Shown here piece by piece: positions 14,906-28,664 of a stretch of DNA of 64,000 nucleotides. Under the pieces are notes generated by a model. The model saw nothing but the letters and a program-made list of their open reading frames with translations, was not told the DNA's origin and made no database searches. Numbering within the stretch: the stretch's first letter is position 1; the number at the start of each line of letters is the position of its first letter. Source of the stretch: Epiperipatus broadwayi (lineage: Eukaryota; Animalia; Onychophora); contig JAQFVV010000001.1 of assembly GCA_028023455.1 (NCBI GenBank), positions 310,001 through 374,000 of the forward strand. The letters run 5' to 3'. A program made the position numbers and the translations under genes.

Positions 14906-15607
14906 TATTTTCTTCTAATAACCATCTTTAATTTTTTTTGTTTTAGTATCAATTTACCAGTTCAAATTGAAAAATATATTAATGTTTTCAATCTAAGACA
15001 GCCTGCTTGTACGGTAATGTAGATCCAAAAGCAATTCAGTATCTATATATTATGGTGTTTTTAGTTTTTAAAAAATTATAGGTATTTTTAACCTTTGGCC
15101 AGTATAGAACCACACTGAACAGGTATTATTGTTTAGTATCCATTGTTTGTGCAGACTTACACTAGGTAGAGCATAACTGGGGTGAGAGACTGATGAGCAT
15201 TATGTAAACTGGAATCATATCATAATTTGTTATTTTCATTTTCTTCTTTGAAAATCCATTGGACCTTAATTTAAGCTATTTAATATTCACTTTTACATTT
15301 CAAATAAACTTTATTATTACAATGTGAATTATGTAGTACATTTTGAAAATAGGTTCATTGGTGTTCTCTTATTCAAAGGGAATCAACTGCTTTAATAAAT
15401 ATGATCTCTATTCTCTATGACGTTTGAAGACAAAGGTTCAGTTCATTCCATGAGGGATTATAAGGACATTTGGATGCTGTGGATTTTGAAATGACTCCAA
15501 GGGTTCTTAAAGGAATTTTGTTGATAAAATTTCATCTTTTTTAAAAATCTTCTTAAGGGTACTGATGAATATGGTTGGAGTGCTGATGGAATTTGGTTTC
15601 TCCTAAG

Positions 15608-16056
15608 AATAAAATGTGAGGAGAGATAAAGGAAAAAAAAGCCTAATGGCATACACATGAGTGAGGATGTTTAGACCTCTCACATTGATCCCTACTATTC
15701 TGCACAGCAGGTTATCCATCCACTTTTAGTCCTATCTTTTTTGTTTTTATCTAATAATAAAATGTGAGGAGAGATAAAGGGGAAAAAAAGCCTAATGGCA
15801 TACACATGAGTGAGGATGTTTAGACCTCTCACATTGATCCCTACTACTCTGCACTGCAGATTATCCATCCACTTTTAGTCCTATCTTTTTTGTTTTTATC
15901 TAATAATAAAATGTGAGGAGAGATAAAGGAAAAAAAAAGCCTAATGGCATACACATGAGTGAGGGTGTTTAGACCTCTCAGATTGATCCCTACTACTCTG
16001 CATGGCAGGTTATCCATCCACTTTTAGTCCTATCTTTTTTGTTTTTATCTAATAAT
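15608..16056. repeat. Tandem repeat, 3 near-identical copies of about 149 bp
   Basis: Unit AATAAAATGTGAGGAGAGATAAAGG...GTTTTTATCTAAT starts at 15608, 15756 and 15905. Confidence 0.95.
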
Positions 16057-16239
16057 TTTTATGCTTTCAACAGATTTGAAGCATCATTTGTGAAAACAAC
16101 TAACTCATCTTAAAAATTCAGATAAGTCATATAAGTTTTAATTCACAAAATATTTTTCATAAAATTGCTCTAAAAAAATATAGGAAAGATAGTGTCATGC
16201 TATCACTCACTAATGTATGTTAATGGCATTGTAATAAAT

Positions 16240-16740
16240 ATTTTTGTTTAACAATATCCTGGATGTCTATCATGATGTTCCGAAGCTTTTATCACAATAG
16301 AAAACGTTATAGAGTCAATTTTTTTTTCTAAATCTACAAATTTAATGCAATTTACATGTATTAGTTTTATCTATAATTCTCTTTAATTCTTGGATGTAGT
16401 CTACTTGTACTATAATCAAATTTAAATCATTTGTTCTTTTGATTGAATTCATTCTAATGTTAATTATAAACATTTTGTAATAGTTCTATTGAATATTTTA
16501 TATATAACTGAAAAATATATTATTCCTAATATCTTATTTCCCATCTTTTTTAAATAACAATAACACTGTTGCACTTTCCTGTCATATGGTATATCATTAT
16601 CATTTAGGAACTTTGTGTATATCTTCACTAGTACTTAAATATAATTTCCCCTGCCCTTTTTTTTTAATATTTATAATCATTTTCTGAAAATTGTAATTTT
16701 ATTATAAGTTTCACATCTTTATTTAGAATATTTGATATCT
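16240..16740 (-). mobile_element. RTE-like LINE reverse transcriptase relic
   Basis: Minus strand reads ..LLLFKKDGK*DIRN.. and ..VDLEKxFDSI.. (RT domains 1-3) with stops and frameshifts. Confidence 0.55.
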
Positions 16741-16750
16741 AAATCATGCA

Positions 16751-16995
16751 AATTGCTTATAATAACTTCTCTCACATACACTTTGATGAAAAATTTTTTT
16801 TAATAAAACTTCTTTATTTTCCTGACATTTTGGACTGTCCAGCAGTCTTCATCAGAGCTTCTCAAATTTCCTTTACCTTTTAAATTTGAGAAGCTCTGAT
16901 GAAGATTGCTGGACAGTCAAAACTGTCAGAAAATGAAGAAATTTTGTTTAAATTTTTTTTTGCATTAAATGTATATGAAAGAAGTTATAAGCAGT
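16751..16995. mobile_element. Inverted pair of PLE-type terminal repeats, each with a minimal hammerhead (HHR family 3)
   Basis: About 115-bp arms around a 12-nt spacer (16870-16881). Plus arm CT-CTGATGA-A-GATTG-CTGGA-CAGTC-AAAA-CTGTC-AG; minus arm is the mirror copy. Confidence 0.75.
16894..16929 (+). ncRNA. Minimal type I hammerhead ribozyme, probably inactivated (G12 to A)
   Basis: CUGAUGA 16896-16902, stem II GA(C/U)UG/CAGUC, GAAA read as AAAA (CpG-type change), GUC followed by AG pairing with the upstream CU. Mirror copy on - at about 16822-16857. Confidence 0.65.
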
Positions 16996-17049
16996 ATATA
17001 CGAAGAAATCCAAAAAGAGAGTAAAGGAGAATAATAAGAGTATATGTAA

Positions 17050-17750
17050 ATCATCATGATTATGATATGGATTTTAATTTTCCTATTCTTTAAATTATTT
17101 TATTTGTAAAATCCTTCCACATATCCCATAACCAAGATGCTTAAATATTCTATAGGGTTCTTTGTTCTTTCATAAATTGTATTTCCATTAACTTTTTTGT
17201 ATACTGTCATATAATGTAACTCTATAGAAAATTTTCTATTTTATTGCTCCTTTTTTCCAGATATTTTTATACATAATTTATTATAGAATTTTAGAAAGTT
17301 GGGATATCAATCATTAATTAGTATCTTTCTTAAGAATTTTTGTCTAGCTTTGTATAAATATGTTTTATATATTGTAACTGATGGAACATCATGTATTGAA
17401 TTTAGCAAGCCCATTATTTAAAAATATTCTTTTTGGTATTTAAAATGTCCAAGCATTGTTCAAATAAATCATAATGTCATGTTTTATCTTTATAAATTCC
17501 ACAAATCTGTTTCCTTTCATTTCTGTCTCCACATCTAAATTTAGGCATTGTATGTTCCTATTTCAAGCATTTTCCAATTTTTGCAATTAAAATTTTTCAT
17601 TACAATTTTAAAATGTTTTATCAAGTTAATAGGATTGTATACATTTATATAAAAGCCTTCAACTTCATAAGAATGAAAACTTGTTGAACATAATTCTTAA
17701 TTATTGGCATTTTTTTATTATTCACAGTTAAATATCTTATCTTGCTATTT
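17050..17750 (-). mobile_element. Penelope-like element RT thumb relic
   Basis: Minus strand DVETEMKGNRF...IYLN and an NGYP-like motif resemble the PLE LDV..YRK.THT..YL / NGYP consensus; heavily decayed. Confidence 0.5.
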
Positions 17751-18453
17751 GCTCTGATATATATATATAGATATTCCTAGTGCTGTGATTTTTATTTATT
17801 ATAAATCCCTTTTCATTTGCATTTGTGAATTTATGGCTAAGAATGTCTGTTTTTCAATTTGAATGTTTTTTCATCCTCTAACTTTACAGTCTAATTTATT
17901 CTATTTAATATGAGATTATTTCCCCCCAATTAAATGCAGTTTTTCTTTATTTGAAAATAATAACAACAATAACTAAAAGGTCATATGACATTCCAGCAAT
18001 AGAAGTGATTTGTTAATCTTTAATCCTGAAACTAAATTCTCAAGTCTGCTATTTATTATTGCATTTCAGTTGTAAATAGTTAAATATTGACATCAATGAT
18101 AACTCGTTTAGACTGGAGATTATTTAATTGGTGATTTTACAGCTTCCAAAAAAGAAGATGTACTTATGTCTTAAATATAAGAAATTAAATGTTCATATTC
18201 ATGCACATATATTATATTTGCCATTGAAAAACAGCACAGTTTCAGTCAGGAATTAGTAGACTTCTGAAAAGAAAAAAAAAAATGATTTTTTTGTCCCATT
18301 CTCAGGGGTGAAAGATATAAATTCAACACAGCTAGATTGCACATATTTGAAATTTATAATATTTGCTCTCTTTCATTCTTTTATATGTAATGAGAGATAC
18401 AAAGGCTCCTTTTAATTATTAACAAAAATAATTTATTTAATCAGAATATTTTT

Positions 18454-18556
18454 TTCATATGTCATAGCATCGGCCGGGACACGAACCCACAACCGTCTGC
18501 AACCAACTACTTGCTTGCATGGCGACTGCGATACCTCTCGGCTAACAACGCTAGAC
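18454..18556 (-). mobile_element. Short tRNA-derived SINE
   Basis: Minus strand TAGCGTTGTTAGCCGAGAGG...GGGTTCGTGTCCCGGCCGATGCTA with a closable acceptor-like stem. 15-bp TSD AATCAGAATATTTTT (18439-18453, 18557-18571). Confidence 0.8.
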
Positions 18557-21390
18557 AATCAGAATATTTTTGAGTATCTATTTTCCTTCTTAAACGCATA
18601 TAATATAAACCAACAGTCTTAATGAAATTACTAAAAGCAGAGACCTCCCATCTCTATAAAGAAAAATAATAACTTCCAGATTATGTTTAAGATTTTCTGG
18701 TCTTATTTATCTCTAGATAACAAATTAGTTTCTCATTTTCTGAACAATAATTGACTGGATAGCTATTTAAATTGTTATCAGAAATTTAAATGATTAGTAA
18801 CATTCATACAAAAGGCTGAAGATAACTGCTTGAAATACTGTAATTGAAAACTTAGGTAATCAAATAAAATTGTATAAAATGAAAAGATATTTGGTGAATA
18901 TATTTTAATAATATTATGACATAGATATTAACTTATTTTTTTCTTAGACAAAATGATTAAACCTAAAATTTCTATTTAGCTTATAGTTGTTGTACCAAAG
19001 TAATCAAAGCAGTAGAAGAAACTCCCAAACAGAAAAAGTAATGCAAATTCTGAATGCAATGTCTAATTCAACTATAAATGAAACTGTTTTAATAATACCT
19101 CATGTTGATTCTTAATAATGATTTATATTTAGTAAAACCTGGTTAAAAAAATGTTTAGTGCCAAGATATAACTCACTTTTTATGCTGCAAACACGTCTTG
19201 AGATACAGAGATGACATCATCTGTAATGTCTATTGCCTAAGTCCAAATCCAATCTGGGTAAAATATGATTTTCTTTCAAATATCTGGAATGTAGTGAGTA
19301 AAAGGCTATAAAAATGCTCAAGCTCTTATTACCTGATAAACCTAGTAATTATTGTTTTCGTCATTGTTCCTCTAAGAAAGGTTGTTGGAGAGGTTATTAT
19401 CCTGAAATGGACTATTTGAAGATTGCTTTATTGTTATTCTTTTAATATTTCATGATTCTGGAATCTTTTAATAATTATTTTGTTATGTTTAAGTAAATGT
19501 GAATAGTTTTGAAACTATTTCAGGTATTTTAGAATGATTTTACATAATAACATTTAAATAATTAATTGTTGTGTTTATTTTATGTGGGTTGCACTCCCCC
19601 CCCCCCCAAACAAATGTAGAGAATTTGATAAATTATTGGTTATGGAATAAGCCTCATCAACACGTGTATGAACATTTGACATTATGTGTATATGACAGAA
19701 TGGTGTTGATTTAATGTTTTTATAATTAATGACCATTCATTCATTAATTTAATCATTGTTAACTTCTATCTTATTATAGGAATTCTTATCTCACAAGATG
19801 ATATTGGAAGGTTGATTTCATGTAAAGTTGAAACAATAATATTTATTGGTCACTTTGTTAAAGAATAGATTCAAGCTTTCAGTATCCAGTGATAATTTGA
19901 GGCTGTAAAAATATGTGATTCATAATATATCATTTGTACTGTGATTGAACTAAAATGACATTACTGATTTGAAAGTGATACACAGTGTGAGTAGTGTGTA
20001 CAAATACCATTATAATTTATAATGTTAAATATTATATTTTCTTGGAAAATAAAATTTTAACTACTTTTTCCTAAATGACTTTCCCATTATTCTGTTATTA
20101 AAATATTTGAATCTATTTTTCTGAGAGTAGGGTTACTTTTATTGTATCATATTTAAAGGCATATCTTTATCATTATTTGATTGATAGATCTTTTTAAATA
20201 TATATATATGTATGTATTACATTTATATAGTATTTTGAAATATTCAAATGTTTTACAATTATCAATAGACTTCTAATAATAAGTTCCTATTTACTAACAG
20301 CTATCATGACATTTAGTAATAATAACAACTTTAGAACAATACTGTCCAAATTAGCTGGTTTTAAATGGATATCACTTTGAAAATCTGTATGAAATAGTAT
20401 GATCAAAACAGTCAATGACCTAAAGCTTTTCCTAACTGTAATTTAATATCACTAATTGTGGTGACATTCTCTACTTAGTTTGAAGAAAATAATTTATATT
20501 TTAAGTTAAAATATATACGTACTTTGTAGTATATAACAAAAAATAAATAATTACTTATAATTATTATTGTTTTTTATAACAATATTTAAAAAAAAAGTTT
20601 GTTGATATTTAAAATAAAAGTAAATTTATTTACTAAAATTATGACATATTAATTTAAAATATGACATATTTAACCTTTTTCTAATATTTATAATATTGAG
20701 TTTTTGTCCTTGATGTGATATTACATACTTGTTTTTTTTAAATAGAAAATATAAATATGTACAAAGTATATTATCTATGTGAAGTAAGTACAATAATTAC
20801 TAGCATGTAGAGGCCCAAAATAAACCATTTCCTATAACTTTTTTTATAGGGGTTAAAAGCCTGTTTCATGTGAATTCCAGACAGCAATAATTTTATATCA
20901 ATATTTGAATTTATATATTTTGTAGAAAATATGTACAGAAAGTTATAGGAATTTAATTAAATGATTAGAAGAAAAATGATCAAGATGTTAGAGATGCAAT
21001 AGAAAAATAAGTTTAAAATTTTTGTGGGTTTTAAGTGGTTCCCCCCCCCCCTCCCCAATTCAAATAATTACTAAATAAGTAGAATTAAAGTATTTTTATT
21101 GGTGTGAGTTTGGCAAAGATAATTTAAAAATTTAAAGCATAAGTTAAATGAAAAATAATTATTTAAGAAATTAAAAGTTGGAAATGGAATTATTTTGTGC
21201 AAGTATTTAGAGTTAGATGAAAAAGAAATTGGCAGATCTTAAAGAAGAAAAGTAATTTTAGTGATGAAAATAAAAGATAATATAGCTCAGAGATAATCTG
21301 AACTGGAATGTGGATCCTGTCTCTTGACAAATTTTATATATATACACACACACTCACAAAATATCAATTAATTTATATGTATATTTTTAG

Positions 21391-21456
21391 GATGCTGACA
21401 TAATTGAAAAATTAAATGAAAGTGGAGAATTAAGAACACTGCTTCAGCCATTTAAA
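21391..21456 (+). CDS. GRXCR1: Penultimate coding exon, glutaredoxin domain-containing cysteine-rich protein (GRXCR1/CG31559-like)
   Basis: TTTTTAG acceptor and GTAAGA donor, phase 0/0. Encodes DADIIEKLNESGELRTLLQPFK, matching the family NESGEL motif; in frame with 30975-31163. Confidence 0.9.
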
Positions 21457-23682
21457 GTAAGATTTTATTAAATTAAAAAATTAATTGATCTTCTGAAATT
21501 TAATCTTAAAATATTTAAATATTTGAGAATGATGTATTACTATATTCATATACACACACAATAGATATCCTATAATTCTGAATTTATAAAATGTAATCAG
21601 AATTTATCTTAATTTCTAATTTTATAAGAGACCAAATAATGTAGTGTTGTTTGTCCAATTTTTAGCCAATAAGAACAATTGTATATAATGTATATTTTTA
21701 AACTACAGCTAATGTTGGTCAAATATTACATTATTTTATAACATTGTTCTACTATTTTCAAGTAATACAATCTAATATTGTTAATTATAAACTATTAATA
21801 TTAGATACTGAAGTATTACATTAATTAAACAACACAAGTTTAATGTAGACAATATTTAGTTGGAAATTGTAAAAACATAAGTGCAACTTTTTTATAATTC
21901 TAACATTGACATTTGATTATCAAGTTTGTATTCAATTAATGATGATATTTATATCAATAAGTTTCTGTGTTTGAAGCTACATCAATGATTTTGGTTATTA
22001 CTATATAATCAGATTTAAGTAGCTTGGTTACTACAAGGTAACAAGGTTTTGATAATTTAATTACTCAACAATGATTAATCGGAACTTGTCCCTTTTTTTA
22101 AAATTGAAACTATATATCATAGCAGAAGACTATATTTTACAATGATTAATTGGCAATATAATTTATTATAATTTTAATAGTGTTAATTTCAAGTTTTGTG
22201 ATTGGTTAGTAATAATTTGTTCAAAACTAAATTATAGCACTACTGCCTTCCTCAGTGCATGTTGTCTTCAAGATGTAATAAACTAATCCTGACTCTTAAA
22301 CATCTTTTAATGTTTTTTTTTTAATGATATCTGGACTGTCTTTTAGAAGTGATTGGACAGCTTTTCTGTTAAAGTCTAGGACTCATTTCTTAGTTGTATT
22401 TTCTATACTTGTTTGAAATATTTAAATTGGTTTGGATAAAGAAAGCTTCTTGCCTTGTTTGTGTGTGCTTATAGCAGATACCTATTAATTTCATTATTAT
22501 ATATGCAGTATAGTACTTCAATGCTTATTTTAAAAATGTGTCATTCAAAAATGAATCTGAGGTGTTGATATCTTTTTATTTAGAAGACAAGTTTGATCCC
22601 AAAATAATAGTTCTTCATTATCTTATTTGGTATTTAACATGTGATAAAGCTTGGAGTTACATGTTAGGTTAAGATCATTCTATATTCCTGAAATATTTTA
22701 CTAAACGCACTTTTTGCACTATTTTTTAAACTAGCCCTTTCACTTCAGGATAGAAAGTTGATGTAAAAATCAGCTCAATATTGTTACTTAAAACAGAAGT
22801 TTTTGAATTTAGCTAATATCAATTTTAACACAATTATTGAAAATGCCACAAATGACAAACAATTTTCTCAAGGTCTTAATAAATTTTATGATAAAATGAT
22901 ATATCAATTATCACAAACCATTTAGAAAAAGTATCAATAATGATTAAAAATTATTTACTATACTAAATTTAAACATGGCAAATGAAAGTCTAAATCAAAG
23001 ATTCTCCAATTCAGATATAACTGATTTTGCTTTTTCACTATAGTGTTTGTGTTTTCAGGCAAGGTGTATAATTTGTATGTCTTAGGTTCAGTACTAGAAT
23101 CTAGACTTAAACACCGTATATGGTTGAACTAACATTTTCATTCTTTCTCTTGATGATGAATGTGCTGTAGGTTTAGCACTTTACAGTAGTTTCCATAAAA
23201 AATAATCATTCTAGAAACTCTTACTCAACATTTGTCTTACTTCTAAGTATTAATTATAACTGACAAATATATTGAACTATTTCTTAGATCAATTTGTGTG
23301 GATTAAAATTCTAGGTTAGTAATGATTTCATGATTCGTAGATTTTTGCTGATGTAATACTTTTCCAAGTCTATAAACATTGAATGATCTATAATTATTAG
23401 ATTCAAAAGAATTTTTTGCTTAAACTCTTGCATATTTTAAATGCTGAATCTGTTATGGTGTTCAATTTGTTATCCACCCTGTTTGTAATCTCAAGAAATA
23501 CAGAGACAATATAGTTAAGTTATAAATCTCTTTTAACAATAAATGTGAACATATTACATTTAGCAACATAAATTATACAGGGATTGTGGATAACTTTATT
23601 ATGGATTTTAAATGTTTCATCAGAAGAAAAAATGCCAATCTTCACAATGTGTAAACAAAATCCCAAATTAATTTGTAAGAAC

Positions 23683-23756
23683 CACTCAACATCACATGAT
23701 CACTATCTCATTGCTCTTGTTAGCACAAGATGGCACTACTATATGGAGTTTTGCTG
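23683..23756. mobile_element. HHR family 1 element, minimal 74-bp inverted remnant (no ribozyme left)
   Basis: Inverted tail CATCACATGATCAC plus sense 3' piece TGGCACTACTATATGGAGTTTTGCTG. 14-bp TSD TAATTTGTAAGAAC (23669-23682, 23757-23770). Confidence 0.75.
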
Positions 23757-25456
23757 TAATTTGTAAGAACTAATTAAATTAAACAGACCTTGTTTAATAT
23801 TATTTTTAATGTTTTAACCATATGATTATATATTCAAATAGATATTTCTATTTCATATTATTTTGACTTTAAAATGCAGAAGTTAACGTAAAGTTGTTTT
23901 TTTGCCCCCTTATAACTTGTGAACAAAAGTTTATTAGAAAGGTTTAGATTTTATCTTTCCTAGCATAATGAGAGCAAATGAATTTTGTGACGGGAATTTT
24001 TTTTTGTTTGTTTATTTTCTCACCACGAATCAATATTATATATATATATATGTTTGACTAGAATAAGAAATAAAATACATTGAGCGCATATTTTAACATT
24101 TTTGAATGCTAAAGAAAAGAATATATTGAATACATAATTTGACATTTCTTAGTTAAGGTAGTCCTAATTCAATACAAAGTAATGAATTTTACAAGATGGA
24201 TATTAATATAGTTTTTTCTGAAAAAAGAACAAATATATATCCATGAGATAAATATATTCAAATTTTATTATTATATATTAAATACCCTTGATATGGTATT
24301 ATTATTTTTGGTTACTATTTAATAAATTGTTATCAGTAAAGTATACTCTCAACAAATTCTTATTCCTAAATATGCATTTTATCTCCATTACATTTATTTC
24401 TTTAATTAAATATATGATTATTATGTTCAGAGCATGTGTTTAATGCTTAGTTAGAGACTGGGAATGTTATTAGTATAGGAAGTTTAGTGTAATATAAAAG
24501 GGTTAACATATAAGTATATAAAAATGATTTTTCAATCCTGAAAATGATGCCCATTTGAAGCAGAATTTAATCTATTTATGTAGAAATAAAGGTGTCTTTA
24601 TCAAATAACTCTTTTACTGTAATACAATAAAATTGTATTACAAATGGATGATGAATTCTTGAAATGTAATAAGTATCATTAAATTTTTGTTAAATTATAG
24701 TTGCAAATAAAAGGATACCTGATTAAATTATCATCATTATTTTTTTTGAACTAATCCTGTTACATAAAATATCAATGTGTGAAATGATTTCAATAAATAA
24801 ACAGTAAAAGAAAATTCTTTTCATTTTTTCAATGTATTCACTTTTTTTAAATAATAACAGAAAGAAAGAACAGTCATGTTTTCCATATTCAATCTACCTA
24901 TGCAACAATATTAATAATAATCAAAATATATAATCAATATAGGACATTAAGTCTCTAAATTTACATTAGGGCTCTCTAATAGGAATTATTTTGAAATATA
25001 ATCATAAATTTAATTCCAAATAATTCACAGGCCATGACATCTAAAATTAACATTTTGTAAATCTAATTCCTATTCAATAACATTTCAATGATGCATTTTG
25101 TAATATGATTATAAATCAATAAGTAACTAAAATAGAGAAATAGATTGACATCTTCCATTCTAACATTTTTATTAAATAAATAATAAAAGCATATATAGTC
25201 AATAACATTTACAGAATTACACTTACACAGCATAGAGATGTCATCCACAATAAGAACTAAATGTCAAACTTAACATTTATTTATTTTTAATATTACCAGA
25301 GTATTAAAGTTTTTTCCCCTTTTTCTATTACTATATTTAATAACAATTATTTTTTCACCCATACTATTTTCCATATATCATCTATTATTTTGGAATATTT
25401 CATTACTCACACAATCTTATCTATTTATTTTTTAAAAAAATTACAAATTACTAGTA

Positions 25457-26507
25457 CCATGTTTCCCCCAAAATAAGTCCTAACTAGAAAATAAGCCCTA
25501 GAAGGATTTTTTCAGACTGCTAATAAGCTCTACTCCAAATATAAGCCCTAGTTAAGATCATTTGCAGATGGTAGATGTGCTGAACTATAAAGTAAAGAAT
25601 TATTGACCTTAATGCTTTAAATAAATGGTTATATAAATTATATAGTACTTAATATGTTTTCATGTAGACTATTTTGAACAAACATAATTCTACCTGTATA
25701 AAGAATTTATCTACAACAAGCCAATATATCAGACAATTTATAATTTCATTTATATATTTTTAAGTACTTATTTTATTTACATTTAATACTTAGATTTAGA
25801 ATACTTGATTTAGTTTTAGAGTTATATCATGGCAACTTTTAAATATTCAAGAAAAAGAAAAATTCATTTGATTTCTTAAACATTTTTTTTCTTTCTAAAA
25901 GACTTTAAATAACAGAAGGAATTTTAATAATCAAAGTTTAGCTTAAGTTAAATCATCAATCTTTCTCCTAAAAAAAGTTGTTAAAAAGAATACCAATCAG
26001 GGTTATTATGAGTAATTGGGAAAGTGTTTACAGTGTATGCACTTGAAAATTGGACATGTCATATATGAATCACTGTAATTCAATATGCTGCGTGTTGTAA
26101 TGGATTACTTAATGTGCATGTGTGAAATACAGAAACATTTTCTGAATTTTTATACCTGCATTTTTTTGTTGCTTTTGTGTAGATAAGTCATTCTTAACTG
26201 TAATCATTTTTGTTATGATTTCTGTGCCACAAGTCTTCAATTAACACTTGATTTAATGGTAAATTTAAATGGAATATTCCAATTAAGATGAGTGCAAAAA
26301 AAAAAAAAAAGCTATTCTGATAGTGAGTACAAAAGAGGAATTGTGGAAAGCTCTCAAAGTAAGAATCTTACAGCTTTCTGTAAAGAAAAGTACTTGATTA
26401 ATGTACATTTTTGTACATGAAAAAATAAGACATCCACTGAAAATAAATCCTAGTGTCTTTTGGAGCAAAAATTAATATAAAACTGTTTTATTTTGGGGGA
26501 AGCATGG
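25457..26507. mobile_element. Non-autonomous Tc1/mariner-superfamily (pogo/Tigger-like) element
   Basis: 20-bp TIRs CCATGTTTCCCCCAAAATAA / TTATTTTGGGGGAAGCATGG (19/20 match), TA on both sides, subterminal AATAAGCCCTA repeats. Confidence 0.85.
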
Positions 26508-28198
26508 TAGATAGTGAAACCTATCATAATTCTCTTAAAGAAAGGCAATGCTTACAAAAAAAAAAAATTGTATAAGTAAATTCATAGATGAATGTTTAAT
26601 TTGAACTGATATTTTTTTAAATTTTTCTAAATCTTTTTTAAAATTAATTATATATTATAAAAATCTTTACATATTAATAAAATGTAATATAGAGATTAAA
26701 TAATGACAATCTTCAAATAGTCCATTGCTTGGTAATAGTTCTCCAATAGCTTATTAGATTTGGCAATTGCTGTGTTGTGACAATTTAAGCATTTTCTATT
26801 TTTGTTTTACCTCTTTGACAAGAATAACTAGGTTTTCATATGGGACAATTAGCTAGATAGACTATGAACTAGCAATATTAATATAGATATACAGTATATA
26901 CATCTGTGACAATTTTTTTTAAATGGAATAAAGTAATTTAGATGACACTTTTAAAGCTGTTGTTCTCCTTCATTTTTTACTTTGTGGTTCTTATAAATAG
27001 AATGAGTTCATAAATAAACAATTTAACTTAGTTCAATATAGAACAAATAGTGTAATAGCAGTATTTTTTTTTAACTTTCCTTTAAAAATATAAATTACAA
27101 TTACTTTTTGAAAAATAAATTGTTTACATGGCAAACTTAAAAATTTCAACCATTAGCCTATTTTAACCTTCTTGAATTTTATAAATAAATTTGTATCAAT
27201 TAGATGAAATGCTAAACGTGAAAAAAAAAAAGTAATATTATATAATCAACATAAATTTAATTACTATTATTATTATATTAATTAGCAATGTTTTATTTTT
27301 ATTGGGTTAGGAAATCATATTCTCAACTTTAAGAAATGTTAATTCAATATTACCTGCTAAGTTAATGACCTATGATTTAAAAAATATTAAAAATTTATAA
27401 ATTTCTTGAATACTTAACTTGTACACTATAAAAGCAGTATTTTTTTTCTCTTGTATCATCAGTCATGTTTTGTGATTGCAGGGTTATGCGTTCATTATCT
27501 TGTTTTAATGAATTAGAAAATTAAAATTTCATTTAAAATTAAGATGCAAAATTAATGATAGCAGCAATTTAAGCCTAAAATTAAGTCATGGCAAACTTAA
27601 TTTATGAAATAAAATGAAAATAATTGATTTAATTTAGAAAAGAATATATATATATTAATGTTACTTAAGCTTCTGAAAGTTACACCAATAACATGTAACT
27701 AATATTTAATAGATTAAATAAGCATTAAATTTGTAGAATAAGATATTAATAGAAAAAAATATTTCAGAAGATAATTAAAAGTAATATATCATTAAAAAGT
27801 ATTGAATCTACATGAAGACTTTAATATGATGATCTGGAAAACAGTTATTTTAAAAAGTAATATATTGTGTCATGAAAAAATATTTCAATAAGAAAAATGT
27901 TCCAATAAATGCAAATTAGTAAAAACATCATGCTAGCATTGAGTTGTATATTTCATCATCACAAAAAAAAAATAGATTTTATTTTTCCAGAGATAGAATG
28001 ATCAAGTGACCATAGTCATAAAGATTTGAGTACAGTAATGGTGCATATGTATAAATACTGTACCTTCTATTAATTTAATAATCCATTTTTTTTTCATAAT
28101 TGTATTATTTTAATTTAATATATATATAATTTCAAAATTAAATTGTATCATATATATGTTAAAAATATGTTATCTATATGTGTGTATATTATATAGTG

Positions 28199-28664
28199 CA
28201 GTGGTCTTCAACCTTTTCACACCTGCGGACCGGTAAAAATAAGGATAAGGTTTCGCGGACCAGCCAAAAAAATAAGGATAAGGTTTCATGGACCAGCAGA
28301 AGTCTATAGATAAATTTTCTTAAAGATGTAAACAGCTTAGCCTTAGATGAAGTTATATATATATATGGAGTTTGTATAATAAAAAACTTTTTTTTTTTTA
28401 ATTTTGAATTTTTTTAGAAAAGTAATAAAAAATTTAATTCTATCCCCCCCCCATAAACATCTGTGATAACTAGAAAAACAAAATAATTTATGTATGACTG
28501 ATTAGATTTTGTTCTGTTTCTTTTTTTTTAATCAGGTAAAAGTGCGATGAAAAAAATAAATAAAAATTGTTTATATTAATTAAAAGTTTAAAATCTTATT
28601 ATTTTGTTATTAAAACTTTCTTGCCAATCTATCACGGACAAGCACCGGTGGTTGAAGACCACTG
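28199..28664. mobile_element. hAT MITE (466 bp)
   Basis: Perfect 15-bp TIR CAGTGGTCTTCAACC and perfect 8-bp TSD ATATAGTG (28191-28198, 28665-28672); subterminal CGGACC repeats. Confidence 0.93.

Noticed and set aside
15186-15210. CTGATGAGCATTATGTAAAC as a hammerhead
   Set aside because: No GAAA and no convincing stems I or III.
15560-15590. CTGATGA near the tandem repeat
   Set aside because: No stem II or GAAA downstream.
1-21390. Upstream glutaredoxin-domain exons of the GRXCR-like gene
   Set aside because: No YTTS or PQ.F..G..IG motif with splice sites was found by eye; probably outside the window.
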